A stretch of DNA of 64,000 bases from contig DATJBS010000061.1 of NCBI GenBank assembly GCA_035515235.1, forward strand, positions 19,012-83,011, in the 5' to 3' direction. Under the pieces are notes generated by a model. That model saw only the letters and a program-made list of their open reading frames with translations. It had not been told where the DNA came from and ran no database searches. The stretch's first letter is position 1, and each line of letters opens with the position of its first letter. Made by a program: the position numbers and the translations under genes. Shown here in pieces: positions 37,389 to 46,661 of this stretch. The DNA comes from Chitinophagales bacterium. GTDB lineage: Bacteria > Bacteroidota > Bacteroidia > Chitinophagales > JADIYW01.

Positions 37389-39206
37389 ATGGCAACTTCA
37401 AATATACATGAACAAGGTGGAACAGCTGCACATGCTGTAGGTCATCATCATGAAGAAACTTTCTTCAGTAAGTATATATTTAGCTTGGATCATAAAATGA
37501 TCGGAAAACAGTTTTTGATAACTGGTATGGCTTGGGCAGTATTAGGTGGATTGTTCTCAGTATTATTTAGAGTTCAATTAGCGTGGCCTGATGAGACATT
37601 CCCTCTTCTTGAAACTTTGTTTTCTAACTGGTTTGATGGTGGTAAGTTAAATACTGAGGCATATTATGCATTGGTGACTATGCACGGTACTATCATGGTT
37701 TTCTTTGTACTTACAGCTGGTCTGAGTGGTACATTCGCAAACATGCTTATACCTTATCAAATTGGAGCTAGAGATATGGCATCTCCTTTAATGAATGCTC
37801 TGTCTTTCTGGTTATTTATTTTGGCTTCACTTATCATGTTGTCTTCAATATTTTTACCTACAGGTATGGCTTCAGCAGGTTGGACAATATATCCTCCTTT
37901 AAGTATTCTACCTCAAGCATCTCCAGGTTCTGGGATGGGTATGACGCTATGGTTAATCAGTATGGCAATATTTATTGCTTCTCAGTTATTGGGTGGTATT
38001 AACTATATTTCTACAGTATTGAATATGCGTACTAAAGGAATGACAATGTTTAGAATGCCTTTAACAGTATGGGCTTTATTCTTTACAGCTGTAATTGGTT
38101 TATTATCTTTCCCTGTATTATTATCTGCTGCAGTATTATTAATATTTGATAAAGGTCTTCATACAAGTTTCTACTTATCTGATATATATATTGGTGGACA
38201 AGCTTTAAGTTACTCAGGTGGTAGTGCTTTATTATTCCAGCACTTATTCTGGTTCTTAGGTCACCCTGAAGTATATATTGTTATTCTACCTTCAATGGGT
38301 ATTGTTTCTGAAATTTTAGCTGTTAACTCTAGAAAACCAATCTTTGGTTACAAAGCGATGATTTTCTCTTTATTAGCAATTACAGTATTGAGTTTCTTAG
38401 TATGGGCTCACCATATGTTTATGACAGGTATGAATCCATTCTTGGGCTCAGTATTCGTGCTATTTACTTTATTAATTGCTGTACCGTCATCTGTTAAAGT
38501 CTTTAACTGGCTGACGACCATTTGGCGTGGAAATATTAAACTAACTCCTGCAACGGTGTTCTCATTAGGATTCGTTTCACTATTTATTTCTGGTGGTGTT
38601 ACAGGTATTTGGTTAGGTAATGCTACTATTGACATTCAGTTACACGATACTTACTTCGTAATTGCTCACTTCCATATCATCATGGGTGTTGCTGCATTCT
38701 TCGGTATGTTTGCTGGTGTATATCATTGGTTCCCTAAAATGTATGGTAGATTTATGAATGAAACTTTAGGTTATATTCACTTCTTCATTACATTTATCGG
38801 TTCATACTTGATTTTCTGGCCGATGCATTACTTAGGTCTTTCTGGTGTACCTCGTCGTTATTATTCTTTCAATGAGTTCAAAGCGTTCTCTGAGTATGGA
38901 GATATGAATATCCTAATCACTGTAGCTGCTATCGTTACGTTTTTTGCTCAGTTCATCTTCTTTATTAACTTCTTCTACAGTATGAAGAAAGGTAGAGTTT
39001 GTACTGTTCAGAATCCATGGAAAGCTAATACATTAGAATGGACTACTCCACTTGTACCAGGTCATGGTAACTGGCCAGGTGAATTACCAACAGTTTATCG
39101 TTGGGCTTATGACTACAGTAAGTTTGAAGATGGACCGGATTTTATCCCTCAAAATGTTCCTTTGACTGAAGAGGAAATTCAAATGGAGAAAAACGCTCAT
39201 CACTAA
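37389..39206 (+). CDS. Cytochrome c oxidase subunit I
   Basis: Haem-copper oxidase signatures: GHPEVYIVILP, WAHHMFMTG, HDTYFVIAHFH. About 12+ TM helices. Confidence 0.95.
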   Translation: MATSNIHEQGGTAAHAVGHHHEETFFSKYIFSLDHKMIGKQFLITGMAWAVLGGLFSVLFRVQLAWPDETFPLLETLFSNWFDGGKLNTEAYYALVTMHGTIMVFFVLTAGLSGTFANMLIPYQIGARDMASPLMNALSFWLFILASLIMLSSIFLPTGMASAGWTIYPPLSILPQASPGSGMGMTLWLISMAIFIASQLLGGINYISTVLNMRTKGMTMFRMPLTVWALFFTAVIGLLSFPVLLSAAVLLIFDKGLHTSFYLSDIYIGGQALSYSGGSALLFQHLFWFLGHPEVYIVILPSMGIVSEILAVNSRKPIFGYKAMIFSLLAITVLSFLVWAHHMFMTGMNPFLGSVFVLFTLLIAVPSSVKVFNWLTTIWRGNIKLTPATVFSLGFVSLFISGGVTGIWLGNATIDIQLHDTYFVIAHFHIIMGVAAFFGMFAGVYHWFPKMYGRFMNETLGYIHFFITFIGSYLIFWPMHYLGLSGVPRRYYSFNEFKAFSEYGDMNILITVAAIVTFFAQFIFFINFFYSMKKGRVCTVQNPWKANTLEWTTPLVPGHGNWPGELPTVYRWAYDYSKFEDGPDFIPQNVPLTEEEIQMEKNAHH

Positions 39207-39230
39207 AAATACAATACCAATTCAATTAAA

Positions 39231-40127
39231 ATGAATCAATCAGTACATATATCAGCTAGTATAGGTCAGCTAATTCGAACAAGAATTAGCGCCTATAATC
39301 AGTTGGCGAAAACTAGGTTGTCATTATTAGTAGTTTTTTCATCCGTGATGGCATATCTTTTTGAGAATGTGGCATTTAGTTGGATGAGCATTCTGCTACT
39401 AGGATTAGGTGGATATTTGGTCACTGCTTCATCTAATACAATCAATCAGATATTAGAAAAGGATACCGATAAGTTAATGAAAAGAACAGCTAATCGTCCT
39501 TTGCCTTCAGGTACTCTTACTCCTATAGAAGCAACAATTTTTGCAGGTTTAACAGGTGTTATTGGTATTGCGATTTTATCTTTCTACTTCAATCCTTTAT
39601 CAGGTCTACTTGCTGCATTATCATTATTGATTTATGCATTTATTTATACCCCTTTCAAAAGAATAAGTCCAGCAGCAGTGTTTATTGGAGCTGTACCAGG
39701 TGCCTTACCTTTATTAATAGGTTCTACAGTTGCAACAGGTCAAATTACACTTCCTGGTTTTGTTCTGTTCATCATTCAGTTCATGTGGCAAATGCCTCAT
39801 TTCTGGGCTATTGCTTGGTTGCTGAATGAAGATTATAGAAATGGCGGTTTCTTTCTATTGCCTTCAGGAAAAGGAAAATCAAGAGATGCAGTATTGCAAA
39901 TCTTACCATACAATATTCTCTTAATACTTTCTAGTGCTTTACCATTTATCTTCGGATTTGCTGGTATTACATCATTAGTAATTTCTCTAATTTGCGGATT
40001 TCTCTTTATGTATACTGCTGTACAGTTATGTATTGATTTATCAGATAAAAGTGCTAAGAAATTAATGTTTGCTTCTTTTTTCTATATTCCTATAGTACAA
40101 ATTTCATTGGTCTTAGATAAAATATAA
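39231..40127 (+). CDS. cyoE: Protohaem IX farnesyltransferase (haem O synthase)
   Basis: UbiA-family motif NQILEKDTDKLMKRTANRPLPSG; polytopic. Embedded between oxidase subunits I and III. Confidence 0.9.
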   Translation: MNQSVHISASIGQLIRTRISAYNQLAKTRLSLLVVFSSVMAYLFENVAFSWMSILLLGLGGYLVTASSNTINQILEKDTDKLMKRTANRPLPSGTLTPIEATIFAGLTGVIGIAILSFYFNPLSGLLAALSLLIYAFIYTPFKRISPAAVFIGAVPGALPLLIGSTVATGQITLPGFVLFIIQFMWQMPHFWAIAWLLNEDYRNGGFFLLPSGKGKSRDAVLQILPYNILLILSSALPFIFGFAGITSLVISLICGFLFMYTAVQLCIDLSDKSAKKLMFASFFYIPIVQISLVLDKI

Positions 40128-40129
40128 TC

Positions 40130-40732
40130 ATGTACACTATAGCAGAAAATTATAATAATCAGAAAGCGCATAGATTTACAATGATACTAGGTATCATTAG
40201 CATCTGTATGGCTTTCGGTGGTTTGACAAGTGCTTACATTGTCAGAAAAGGTGCTGGTAATTGGGTGGATTTCTCCATGCCGACAGCATTCTATACGAGT
40301 ACTATCATCATATTAATTTCAAGTGCTACAATGCATGTTGCTCATATCTCTAACAAAAAGGGATTCGTTAAAATGGCTGCATTTTCACTTTTAGTTACTA
40401 TTTTTTTAGGTTTAATTTTTGCTTTTTTCCAATATCAAGGATGGCAAGATTTAACAAATACAGGAATTTATTTGGATGGGAATCCTTCCGGTTCTTTCTT
40501 TTATGTTATTACAGGAATGCATGCTGTCCACGTTTTAGGTGGTGTGCTTTTTCTACTATTAGCTTTTGCTAAATCATTTTGGATTTTTGTTATTAAAAAG
40601 CAAGAATCATCTCATTTTGAAAACAGCCAAGCTTTAAAAGTTCGTACAGATTTATTAAGTATGTACTGGCACTTTATGGACATCCTGTGGATTTATCTTT
40701 TTATTTTTTTATTTATTAATCTGAACCATTAA
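40130..40732 (+). CDS. Cytochrome c oxidase subunit III family protein (short form)
   Basis: 5-TM protein with subunit III C-terminal pattern (YWHFMDILWIYLFIFL). Confidence 0.8.
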   Translation: MYTIAENYNNQKAHRFTMILGIISICMAFGGLTSAYIVRKGAGNWVDFSMPTAFYTSTIIILISSATMHVAHISNKKGFVKMAAFSLLVTIFLGLIFAFFQYQGWQDLTNTGIYLDGNPSGSFFYVITGMHAVHVLGGVLFLLLAFAKSFWIFVIKKQESSHFENSQALKVRTDLLSMYWHFMDILWIYLFIFLFINLNH

Positions 40733-40743
40733 ACTTATTATAA

Positions 40744-41499
40744 ATGGCTGAATTGTTAGAACAACAAGTAGTTTCGGAGCATTTAGATTTGCCAGCTCCT
40801 AATAACAAAGAAGGAGGTGAGATTTCTCCTACTGGCGCAAGCTATGGTAAGACCATGATGTGGTATTTCTTACTATCAGACGTATTCACATTTTCAGGAT
40901 TTTTAATTGCCTATGGAGCATTAAGAATTAGCCACAAATGGTGGCCAGATCCTAACATGGTGTTTAATGGTATGCCTTTTCTGCATGGTGTCGAAGTTCC
41001 TTTAGGATTCGTCACTATCATGACTACAATATTGATTTTAAGTTCTGTATTCGTAGTTAGAGCAGTACAAGAAGGACATAGAATGAATAAAAAAGGTGTT
41101 GCTATTTGGATGTCTTTAGGTATTCTAGGTGGTGTAGCTTTCTTAGGTTGTCAAGCTTGGGAGTGGTCACATCTTATCCACGATGGTATGACTCCATTTT
41201 ACAACGTATATCACGCTGGACCGAATGGTGAGACTTTAAAATTAACACTTGCTGAAAAAGCAAATACACCTGTTTCTCCTGGGCCAGTATTGTTTGGTGG
41301 TTCATTCTTCGGAATTACAGGTTTTCACGGTTTTCACGTATTCATAGGAGTTATTTTAAATACTATCTGTTTAATTCAAACTTTAACAGGTGTGTATGAA
41401 AGAAGAGGTCACTACGAAATGGTTGAAAAATTCGGTTTGTACTGGCACTTTGTTGACTTGGTATGGGTGTTTGTTTTCTTATTCTTTTATCTATTCTAA
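40744..41499 (+). CDS. Cytochrome c oxidase subunit III family protein (long form)
   Basis: GFHGFHVFIGVIL and YWHFVDLVWVFVFLFFY are subunit III signatures. Confidence 0.85.
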   Translation: MAELLEQQVVSEHLDLPAPNNKEGGEISPTGASYGKTMMWYFLLSDVFTFSGFLIAYGALRISHKWWPDPNMVFNGMPFLHGVEVPLGFVTIMTTILILSSVFVVRAVQEGHRMNKKGVAIWMSLGILGGVAFLGCQAWEWSHLIHDGMTPFYNVYHAGPNGETLKLTLAEKANTPVSPGPVLFGGSFFGITGFHGFHVFIGVILNTICLIQTLTGVYERRGHYEMVEKFGLYWHFVDLVWVFVFLFFYLF

Positions 41500-41514
41500 A
41501 AAACCCAAATATTT

Positions 41515-41844
41515 ATGGCACACTTAGATGATGCATCTTACAATAGTATGGTAAAAGCCGTATGGCAAGCAACTGCTCTTATGGCAATTGTTACAGTTTT
41601 TGAAGTTGCTTTTGCTTTAGTTCACTTTTGGTATTTGCAAGACTCGTTACCTAAAATATATGTTCATGTAGTGATGATTGTTGCTACTTTGATCAAAGCA
41701 TTTTTTATTATAGCAGAGTTTATGCACTTAAAGTATGAAAAGCGACCTTTAATCATGTCTTTAGGCTTACCTTTAATTTTCTTAGTATGGGCTTTAATTG
41801 CTCTTTCTGTTGAAGGAAATTACTGGCTGAAAATTATACACTAA
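41515..41844 (+). CDS. Cytochrome c oxidase subunit IV family protein (prokaryotic small subunit)
   Basis: 109 aa, 3 TM helices, positioned directly after the subunit III genes. Confidence 0.65.
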   Translation: MAHLDDASYNSMVKAVWQATALMAIVTVFEVAFALVHFWYLQDSLPKIYVHVVMIVATLIKAFFIIAEFMHLKYEKRPLIMSLGLPLIFLVWALIALSVEGNYWLKIIH

Positions 41845-41852
41845 ATTCAAAA

Positions 41853-42566
41853 ATGAATATTAATCGAAAATTAGGATTTACAGTAGCAGTAGCAATTGCT
41901 GCTGTTTTTCCTATTATATTTCTTATCATATTTGCTAATATCAAGCAACCCAATATTCAAGTAGACACGGTATTACCTATCTACGGGAATAAAACCACAT
42001 ATGAAAGAGAAGATATGAATGGTAAAATAGTTGTCGATACTAACTATCACACTATACCTAAGTTTTCTTTCACCAATCAATTAGGAGATACAATTACTGA
42101 TGACCGATTAAAAGGTGTCGTAACTGTAGTTGATTTCTTCTTCACTACTTGCCCTACTATTTGTATAGATATGGCTGTCAATAAAAGAGAAATTCAAAGC
42201 TTCTTTTTGAAAGACAACAGTAAAATTCAAATTCTTTCTTTCACTGTAGATCCTGAGACTGATACTCAAGAAAGATTACTCGATTACGCTTATGAGAATA
42301 ACGTGAATTCAAATTCATGGAATTTAGTAACTGGAGATAAAGTAGCCATCTACGACTTAGCTCGTAAAGGTTTCATGGTCACTGCCACAGAAGGTGATGG
42401 TGGGGAAGATGATTTTATACATGATAATAAATTCGTTTTAATCGATAGAGAGAAACGTATTAGAGGATATTACGATGGTACTTCGCCAGAAGATACTGAG
42501 AGATTAAAAAAGGATATTCAAAAACTTTCAGTAAGCTATATCATACCTCATAAGGAGAAGAAGTAA
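41853..42566 (+). CDS. SCO1/SenC family copper chaperone / thiol-disulfide protein
   Basis: N-terminal anchor, thioredoxin fold with FFFTTCPTICIDM (CxxxC), and a downstream His region (FIHDNKFVLID). Confidence 0.85.
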   Translation: MNINRKLGFTVAVAIAAVFPIIFLIIFANIKQPNIQVDTVLPIYGNKTTYEREDMNGKIVVDTNYHTIPKFSFTNQLGDTITDDRLKGVVTVVDFFFTTCPTICIDMAVNKREIQSFFLKDNSKIQILSFTVDPETDTQERLLDYAYENNVNSNSWNLVTGDKVAIYDLARKGFMVTATEGDGGEDDFIHDNKFVLIDREKRIRGYYDGTSPEDTERLKKDIQKLSVSYIIPHKEKK

Positions 42567-42576
42567 TTCACCGAGT

Positions 42577-43149
42577 ATGAAAGATTCTACTATTTCTAGA
42601 GTTATTATTGCAATTTCACTTGCTGTTCCTTTATTGGTGACTCTTTTGTTTTTTCTTTCTCCTCCTGATATTAAACACCAAATCAATCTTTCTTTCTTTC
42701 CTAAGTTTCATGCATTTCTAAACTCTTTAGTTTCTGTATGTATTCTTTCAGGATTTTATTTTATAAGAAATAAAAATGTTAGAGTTCATAGAACTTTGAT
42801 GTTAACAGCTTTTCTATTATCTACTGTTTTCTTAGTCTCTTATGTAACTTATCATTCTTTGAGTGAAGGAAGTACAAAGTATGGCGACTTAAATTTAGAT
42901 GGAGTTTTGGATGAGTTGGAGATTGCAGCAGCTGGTATGATGCGCTATGTGTACTATTTTATTTTATTAACACATATTATTCTTGCAGCGCTGATTTTAC
43001 CCTTAATTTTGTTTACATTTTCTAAAGCACTTACAGGTAAAATAGCTCAACACAAAAGGTTAGCAAAATGGACTTTTCCTTTGTGGTTATATGTTTCTGT
43101 TACAGGTGTCTTGGTTTATGTAATGATATCACCCTATTATATTCATTAA
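42577..43149 (+). CDS. DUF420 domain-containing membrane protein
   Basis: 190 aa, ~4-5 TM helices, with conserved His residues (FHAFLNS, VRVHRTLM, THIILA, AQHKRLAKW). Position after SCO is typical of DUF420. The family call is from memory. Confidence 0.65.
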   Translation: MKDSTISRVIIAISLAVPLLVTLLFFLSPPDIKHQINLSFFPKFHAFLNSLVSVCILSGFYFIRNKNVRVHRTLMLTAFLLSTVFLVSYVTYHSLSEGSTKYGDLNLDGVLDELEIAAAGMMRYVYYFILLTHIILAALILPLILFTFSKALTGKIAQHKRLAKWTFPLWLYVSVTGVLVYVMISPYYIH

Positions 43150-43161
43150 AATAAATTAACT

Positions 43162-43398
43162 ATGAATTTTCTACAAAAGTTATTTATCACAATAGTCCTT
43201 GCTTTGTTACCATATGTTTCATTTGCTCAATGTGCTATGTGTAAAGCTTCAGCTGAAGGTTCTAGTATCGCTAAAAGTCTTAACAAGGGAATTTTATACT
43301 TATTGGTTTTGCCTTTTCTAGTAATTGGTGGTGGTGGATATCTCTGGTATAAAAACCGTAAAAAGTTTGCTGCTTCAGATTGGGAAGAACAAGCTTAA
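43162..43398 (+). CDS. Hypothetical small exported membrane protein with CxxC motif
   Basis: 78 aa: signal peptide ...YVSFAQ, then CAMCK, one TM (ILYLLVLPFLVIGGGGYLWY) and a basic tail. Last gene of the same-strand operon, with a 12-nt gap to DUF420. Confidence 0.55.
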   Translation: MNFLQKLFITIVLALLPYVSFAQCAMCKASAEGSSIAKSLNKGILYLLVLPFLVIGGGGYLWYKNRKKFAASDWEEQA

Positions 43399-44096
43399 AG
43401 GTCTCCTAATTGAGGTCTAATCACTATGTCCTCAACTACAGTTCTATCGCTGAGTAAAGTAGTATTGTAAATTATACTAGCTATGTCTTCTGCTGGTATA
43501 AATCTTTCTTCAGGTAATTCTACACCTTTCCAAGAATCTGTCAATGTCGCTCCGGGCATTACTGCTGTAACTTTAATATTATGAGGTTTCAATTCTTCTC
43601 TCAAGCATTTTGAGAATCCTAGCATAGCAAATTTCGAAATTGCGTAAGAACCTCCTTGAGGATAGGCTGTAAAACTTGCTATTGAACAGATATTAAAAAT
43701 ATGACCGCTTTTGCTTTCAATCATTGATGGTAATAAGAATTTTGTCAAATAATATGCACTATATAAATTAGTGTTAATCATTTTAGGAAGGTTTTCATCG
43801 TCTTCATCTTTTATAGCTCCTGGTATAAAAAATCCTGCATTATTGATGATAATGTCAATTTTATTCCACGATTCTAATATTTTATCCGCAAATTTCTTCA
43901 CTTCAGATTTTACTGAGACGTCAGCTGTCATTGATATTACTTGACTATCAGGAGAAATGTTGAGTAGCTCTTTTTCTAATTCTTCTAACGGTTCTAGACT
44001 TCTAGCACATATAGCTAAATGGTGTCCATTTTCTGCAAATTTTAATGCCAAAGCTTTTCCAATTCCTTTCGATGCACCAGTAATTATAATGTTCAT
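43395..44096 (-). CDS. SDR family oxidoreductase
   Basis: TGASKGIG, NNAG and YAISK (YxxxK). Confidence 0.85.
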   Translation of the reverse strand: MNIIITGASKGIGKALALKFAENGHHLAICARSLEPLEELEKELLNISPDSQVISMTADVSVKSEVKKFADKILESWNKIDIIINNAGFFIPGAIKDEDDENLPKMINTNLYSAYYLTKFLLPSMIESKSGHIFNICSIASFTAYPQGGSYAISKFAMLGFSKCLREELKPHNIKVTAVMPGATLTDSWKGVELPEERFIPAEDIASIIYNTTLLSDRTVVEDIVIRPQLGDL

Positions 44097-44169
44097 ATTA
44101 ATGATTGTAATTTTCTTGTTGAATTAAAACTCTATGTTGTAAAAATACGTTATTTTTAGCGACATAAAC

Positions 44170-44907
44170 ATGGAATATCTACGCGAATTCGGGAAATACA
44201 TCCTTATGCTTAAGTCTATTTTTGCTAGACCAGAGCGCAAAACAATGTATTGGATTGAAACTTTACGACAAATGCATCAAATTGGTGTAGACTCGATTAT
44301 TATAGTTTTCATCATATCATTTTTCATTGGTGCTGTATCAGCAGTACAGTTTGCATATAATCTCTCTACGACTATCACCCCAATGTATTTTGTGGGTTAT
44401 ATAGTTAAGGAGTCTATGATTATGGAATTTGCGCCTACTGTTTCAGCATTGATTTTAGCCGGAAAAGTGGGTTCTAACATTGCTTCTGAATTAGGCACAA
44501 TGAGACTTACTGAGCAGATTGATGCTTTAGAAATTATGGGAGTCAACACTACTTCATATTTAATAGGACCTAAGCTTTTAGCTGCAATTACTATGATTCC
44601 TCTATTAGTAGTTTTTGCTGCTGCCATCGGAATTTTGGGTGGTATGCTTGCAGGTATAACTTCTGGATATGTGTCATCAACAGAATATCTTCAAGGTGTA
44701 CTAAGTTGGTTTGTCCCAAGAAATGCATATATTATGATGATTAAGGCATTTGTTTTTAGTTTTTTAATTGTATCTATATCTAGTTATAAAGGATATTACT
44801 CTAAAGGTGGAGCACTTGAGATTGGTAAGGCAAGTACCAGTGCTGTTGTGATTAGTTGTATATCCGTTTTAGTTGCAGATTATTTGATTGCTTGGTTAGT
44901 ATTATGA
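44170..44907 (+). CDS. MlaE/Ttg2B family ABC transporter permease
   Basis: 245 aa, 5-6 TM, with the characteristic RQMHQIGVDSIIIV...ELGTMRLTEQIDALEIMGV motif (EQIDAL). Confidence 0.85.
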   Translation: MEYLREFGKYILMLKSIFARPERKTMYWIETLRQMHQIGVDSIIIVFIISFFIGAVSAVQFAYNLSTTITPMYFVGYIVKESMIMEFAPTVSALILAGKVGSNIASELGTMRLTEQIDALEIMGVNTTSYLIGPKLLAAITMIPLLVVFAAAIGILGGMLAGITSGYVSSTEYLQGVLSWFVPRNAYIMMIKAFVFSFLIVSISSYKGYYSKGGALEIGKASTSAVVISCISVLVADYLIAWLVL

Positions 44908-45680
44908 TAGAATTAAAAGATATCAGAAAGAGTTTTGGCAAAACAGAAGTATTAAAAGGAATTAATGCCACTTTCAAGCCAGGTATGGTTAACCTTATTA
45001 TAGGAAAAAGTGGTTCTGGTAAAACTGTTTTAATTAAATCCACCGTCGGATTGATGAAGCCTACATCAGGTCAAGTACTATATGATGGAGAGGATTTTGT
45101 ACAGATGAATATCGAAGAGAAAAAAGTTATCCGTAGACAATTAGGGATGTTATTTCAAGGCAATGCTTTATTTGACTCAAAAACAGTTTTGGAAAATGTT
45201 CGATTCCCATTAGATATGTTCACGCGTATGCCATTAAAAGAAAAGAATGAAATAGTTAATGATGTTTTGAATAAAGTAAAACTCATCAATGCGAATAATA
45301 AATTACCTTCTGAGATCAGTGGTGGAATGCAAAAACGTGTTGGAATTGCAAGAGCGATTGTAATGAATCCTAAATATCTTTTTTGTGATGAACCCAATTC
45401 CGGATTAGATCCTCAAACTTCTATCATTATAGATGAATTGATTAGAGAATTGACAGAAGAATATAATATGACAACAGTCGTGAACACTCACGATATGAAT
45501 ACTGTTATAGCTTCAGGAGATAAGATTCTTTTCTTACACCAAGGTGAAAAACATTGGGAAGGTGATAAGCGTTCATTATTTGAAACAGATAATAAAGAAT
45601 TAATGGATTTTATTTTTGCATCGGACTTCTTAAAAGAAGCTCGTAGTGCAAGGTTGGCATCTTTTAAAATAAATAAATGA
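44904..45680 (+). CDS. ABC transporter ATP-binding protein (MlaF-like)
   Basis: Walker A GKSGSGKT, signature SGGMQKRV, Walker B LFCDEP. ATG at 44904 overlaps the permease stop (ATGA); the ORF-track start at 44856 is an out-of-context extension. Confidence 0.9.
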   Translation: MIELKDIRKSFGKTEVLKGINATFKPGMVNLIIGKSGSGKTVLIKSTVGLMKPTSGQVLYDGEDFVQMNIEEKKVIRRQLGMLFQGNALFDSKTVLENVRFPLDMFTRMPLKEKNEIVNDVLNKVKLINANNKLPSEISGGMQKRVGIARAIVMNPKYLFCDEPNSGLDPQTSIIIDELIRELTEEYNMTTVVNTHDMNTVIASGDKILFLHQGEKHWEGDKRSLFETDNKELMDFIFASDFLKEARSARLASFKINK

Positions 45681-45683
45681 AAT

Positions 45684-46556
45684 ATGAGTATTTTAGTCAA
45701 TAAGGATTCAAAAGTCATTGTACAAGGCTTTACTGGTAAAGAAGGAACATTTCACGCTACTCAAATGATTGAATATGGCACGAATGTAGTCGGAGGTGTT
45801 ACTCCAGGAAAAGAAGGTAGCACTCATCTAGATAGACCAATATTTAATACCGTTGAAAATGCTGTGAATGCAACTGGTGCTGATGTATCTATCATCTTTG
45901 TACCTCCAGCTTTTGCTGCAGATGCAATCGTTGAGGCTGCTAATGCTGGTATCGCTTTAATTGTATGTATTACAGAAGGAATTCCGACTCAAGATATGAT
46001 TAGAGCTAAAGATTATGTCAATAAGAAAGGAGTGAGATTGATCGGTCCTAACTGTCCAGGAATTATTACTCCAGGAGAATGTAAAGTAGGAATTATGCCC
46101 GGCTTTATTCATAATCCTGGTACTATAGGTATCGTTTCAAAATCTGGTACTTTGACGTATGAAGCTGTAGACCAAGTGACTAAAGCTGGTTTAGGTCAAT
46201 CTACGTGTATAGGTATTGGTGGTGATCCAGTAATTGGTTCTACGATGAAAGATATTATCCAACTTTTAATGGCTGATCCTAAGACTGAAGGTATTATTAT
46301 GATCGGTGAAATCGGTGGTTCTATGGAAGTAGAAGCTGCTGAATGGATTAGAGACAATGGTACAAAACCTGTAGTAGGATTCATCGCTGGTCAAACTGCT
46401 CCAAAAGGTAGAAGAATGGGTCATGCCGGTGCTATCGTAGGTGGTGCTAATGATACTGCTGCTGCTAAAATGGCTGTCATGAGAGATTGTGGAATTCATG
46501 TAGTAGATTCTCCTGCGTTTCTGGGTAAAACGATGGCTGAAGTTTTGAAAAAGTAA
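45684..46556 (+). CDS. sucD: Succinate--CoA ligase subunit alpha
   Basis: [29 protein letters not shown], and the phosphohistidine loop MGHAGAI. Confidence 0.95.
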   Translation: MSILVNKDSKVIVQGFTGKEGTFHATQMIEYGTNVVGGVTPGKEGSTHLDRPIFNTVENAVNATGADVSIIFVPPAFAADAIVEAANAGIALIVCITEGIPTQDMIRAKDYVNKKGVRLIGPNCPGIITPGECKVGIMPGFIHNPGTIGIVSKSGTLTYEAVDQVTKAGLGQSTCIGIGGDPVIGSTMKDIIQLLMADPKTEGIIMIGEIGGSMEVEAAEWIRDNGTKPVVGFIAGQTAPKGRRMGHAGAIVGGANDTAAAKMAVMRDCGIHVVDSPAFLGKTMAEVLKK

Positions 46557-46561
46557 TTTAA

Positions 46562-46648
46562 GAATCAAGAATCAAGAACCAAGAGACAAGAAATTGAATA
46601 CTCCTAAAGTTGATAATTACTGTGGTCTGTAGTCTATGGTCTGTTGTC
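46562..46648. repeat. Two four-copy heptamer arrays: (GARNCAA)x4 at 46562-46589 and (TRTNGTC)x4 at 46621-46648
   Basis: gaatcaa gaatcaa gaaccaa gagacaa, then a 31-nt spacer, then tgtggtc tgtagtc tatggtc tgttgtc. The two arrays are not complementary to each other. Confidence 0.85.
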
Positions 46649-46661
46649 TCAAAATTAAGAC

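Noticed and set aside
40130-41499. Two consecutive subunit III genes as a frameshifted or split pseudogene.
   Set aside because: Both ORFs are intact, each has its own start codon and a complete subunit III C-terminal signature (YWHF.D..W), and they differ in sequence. They are paralogous subunits, not fragments.
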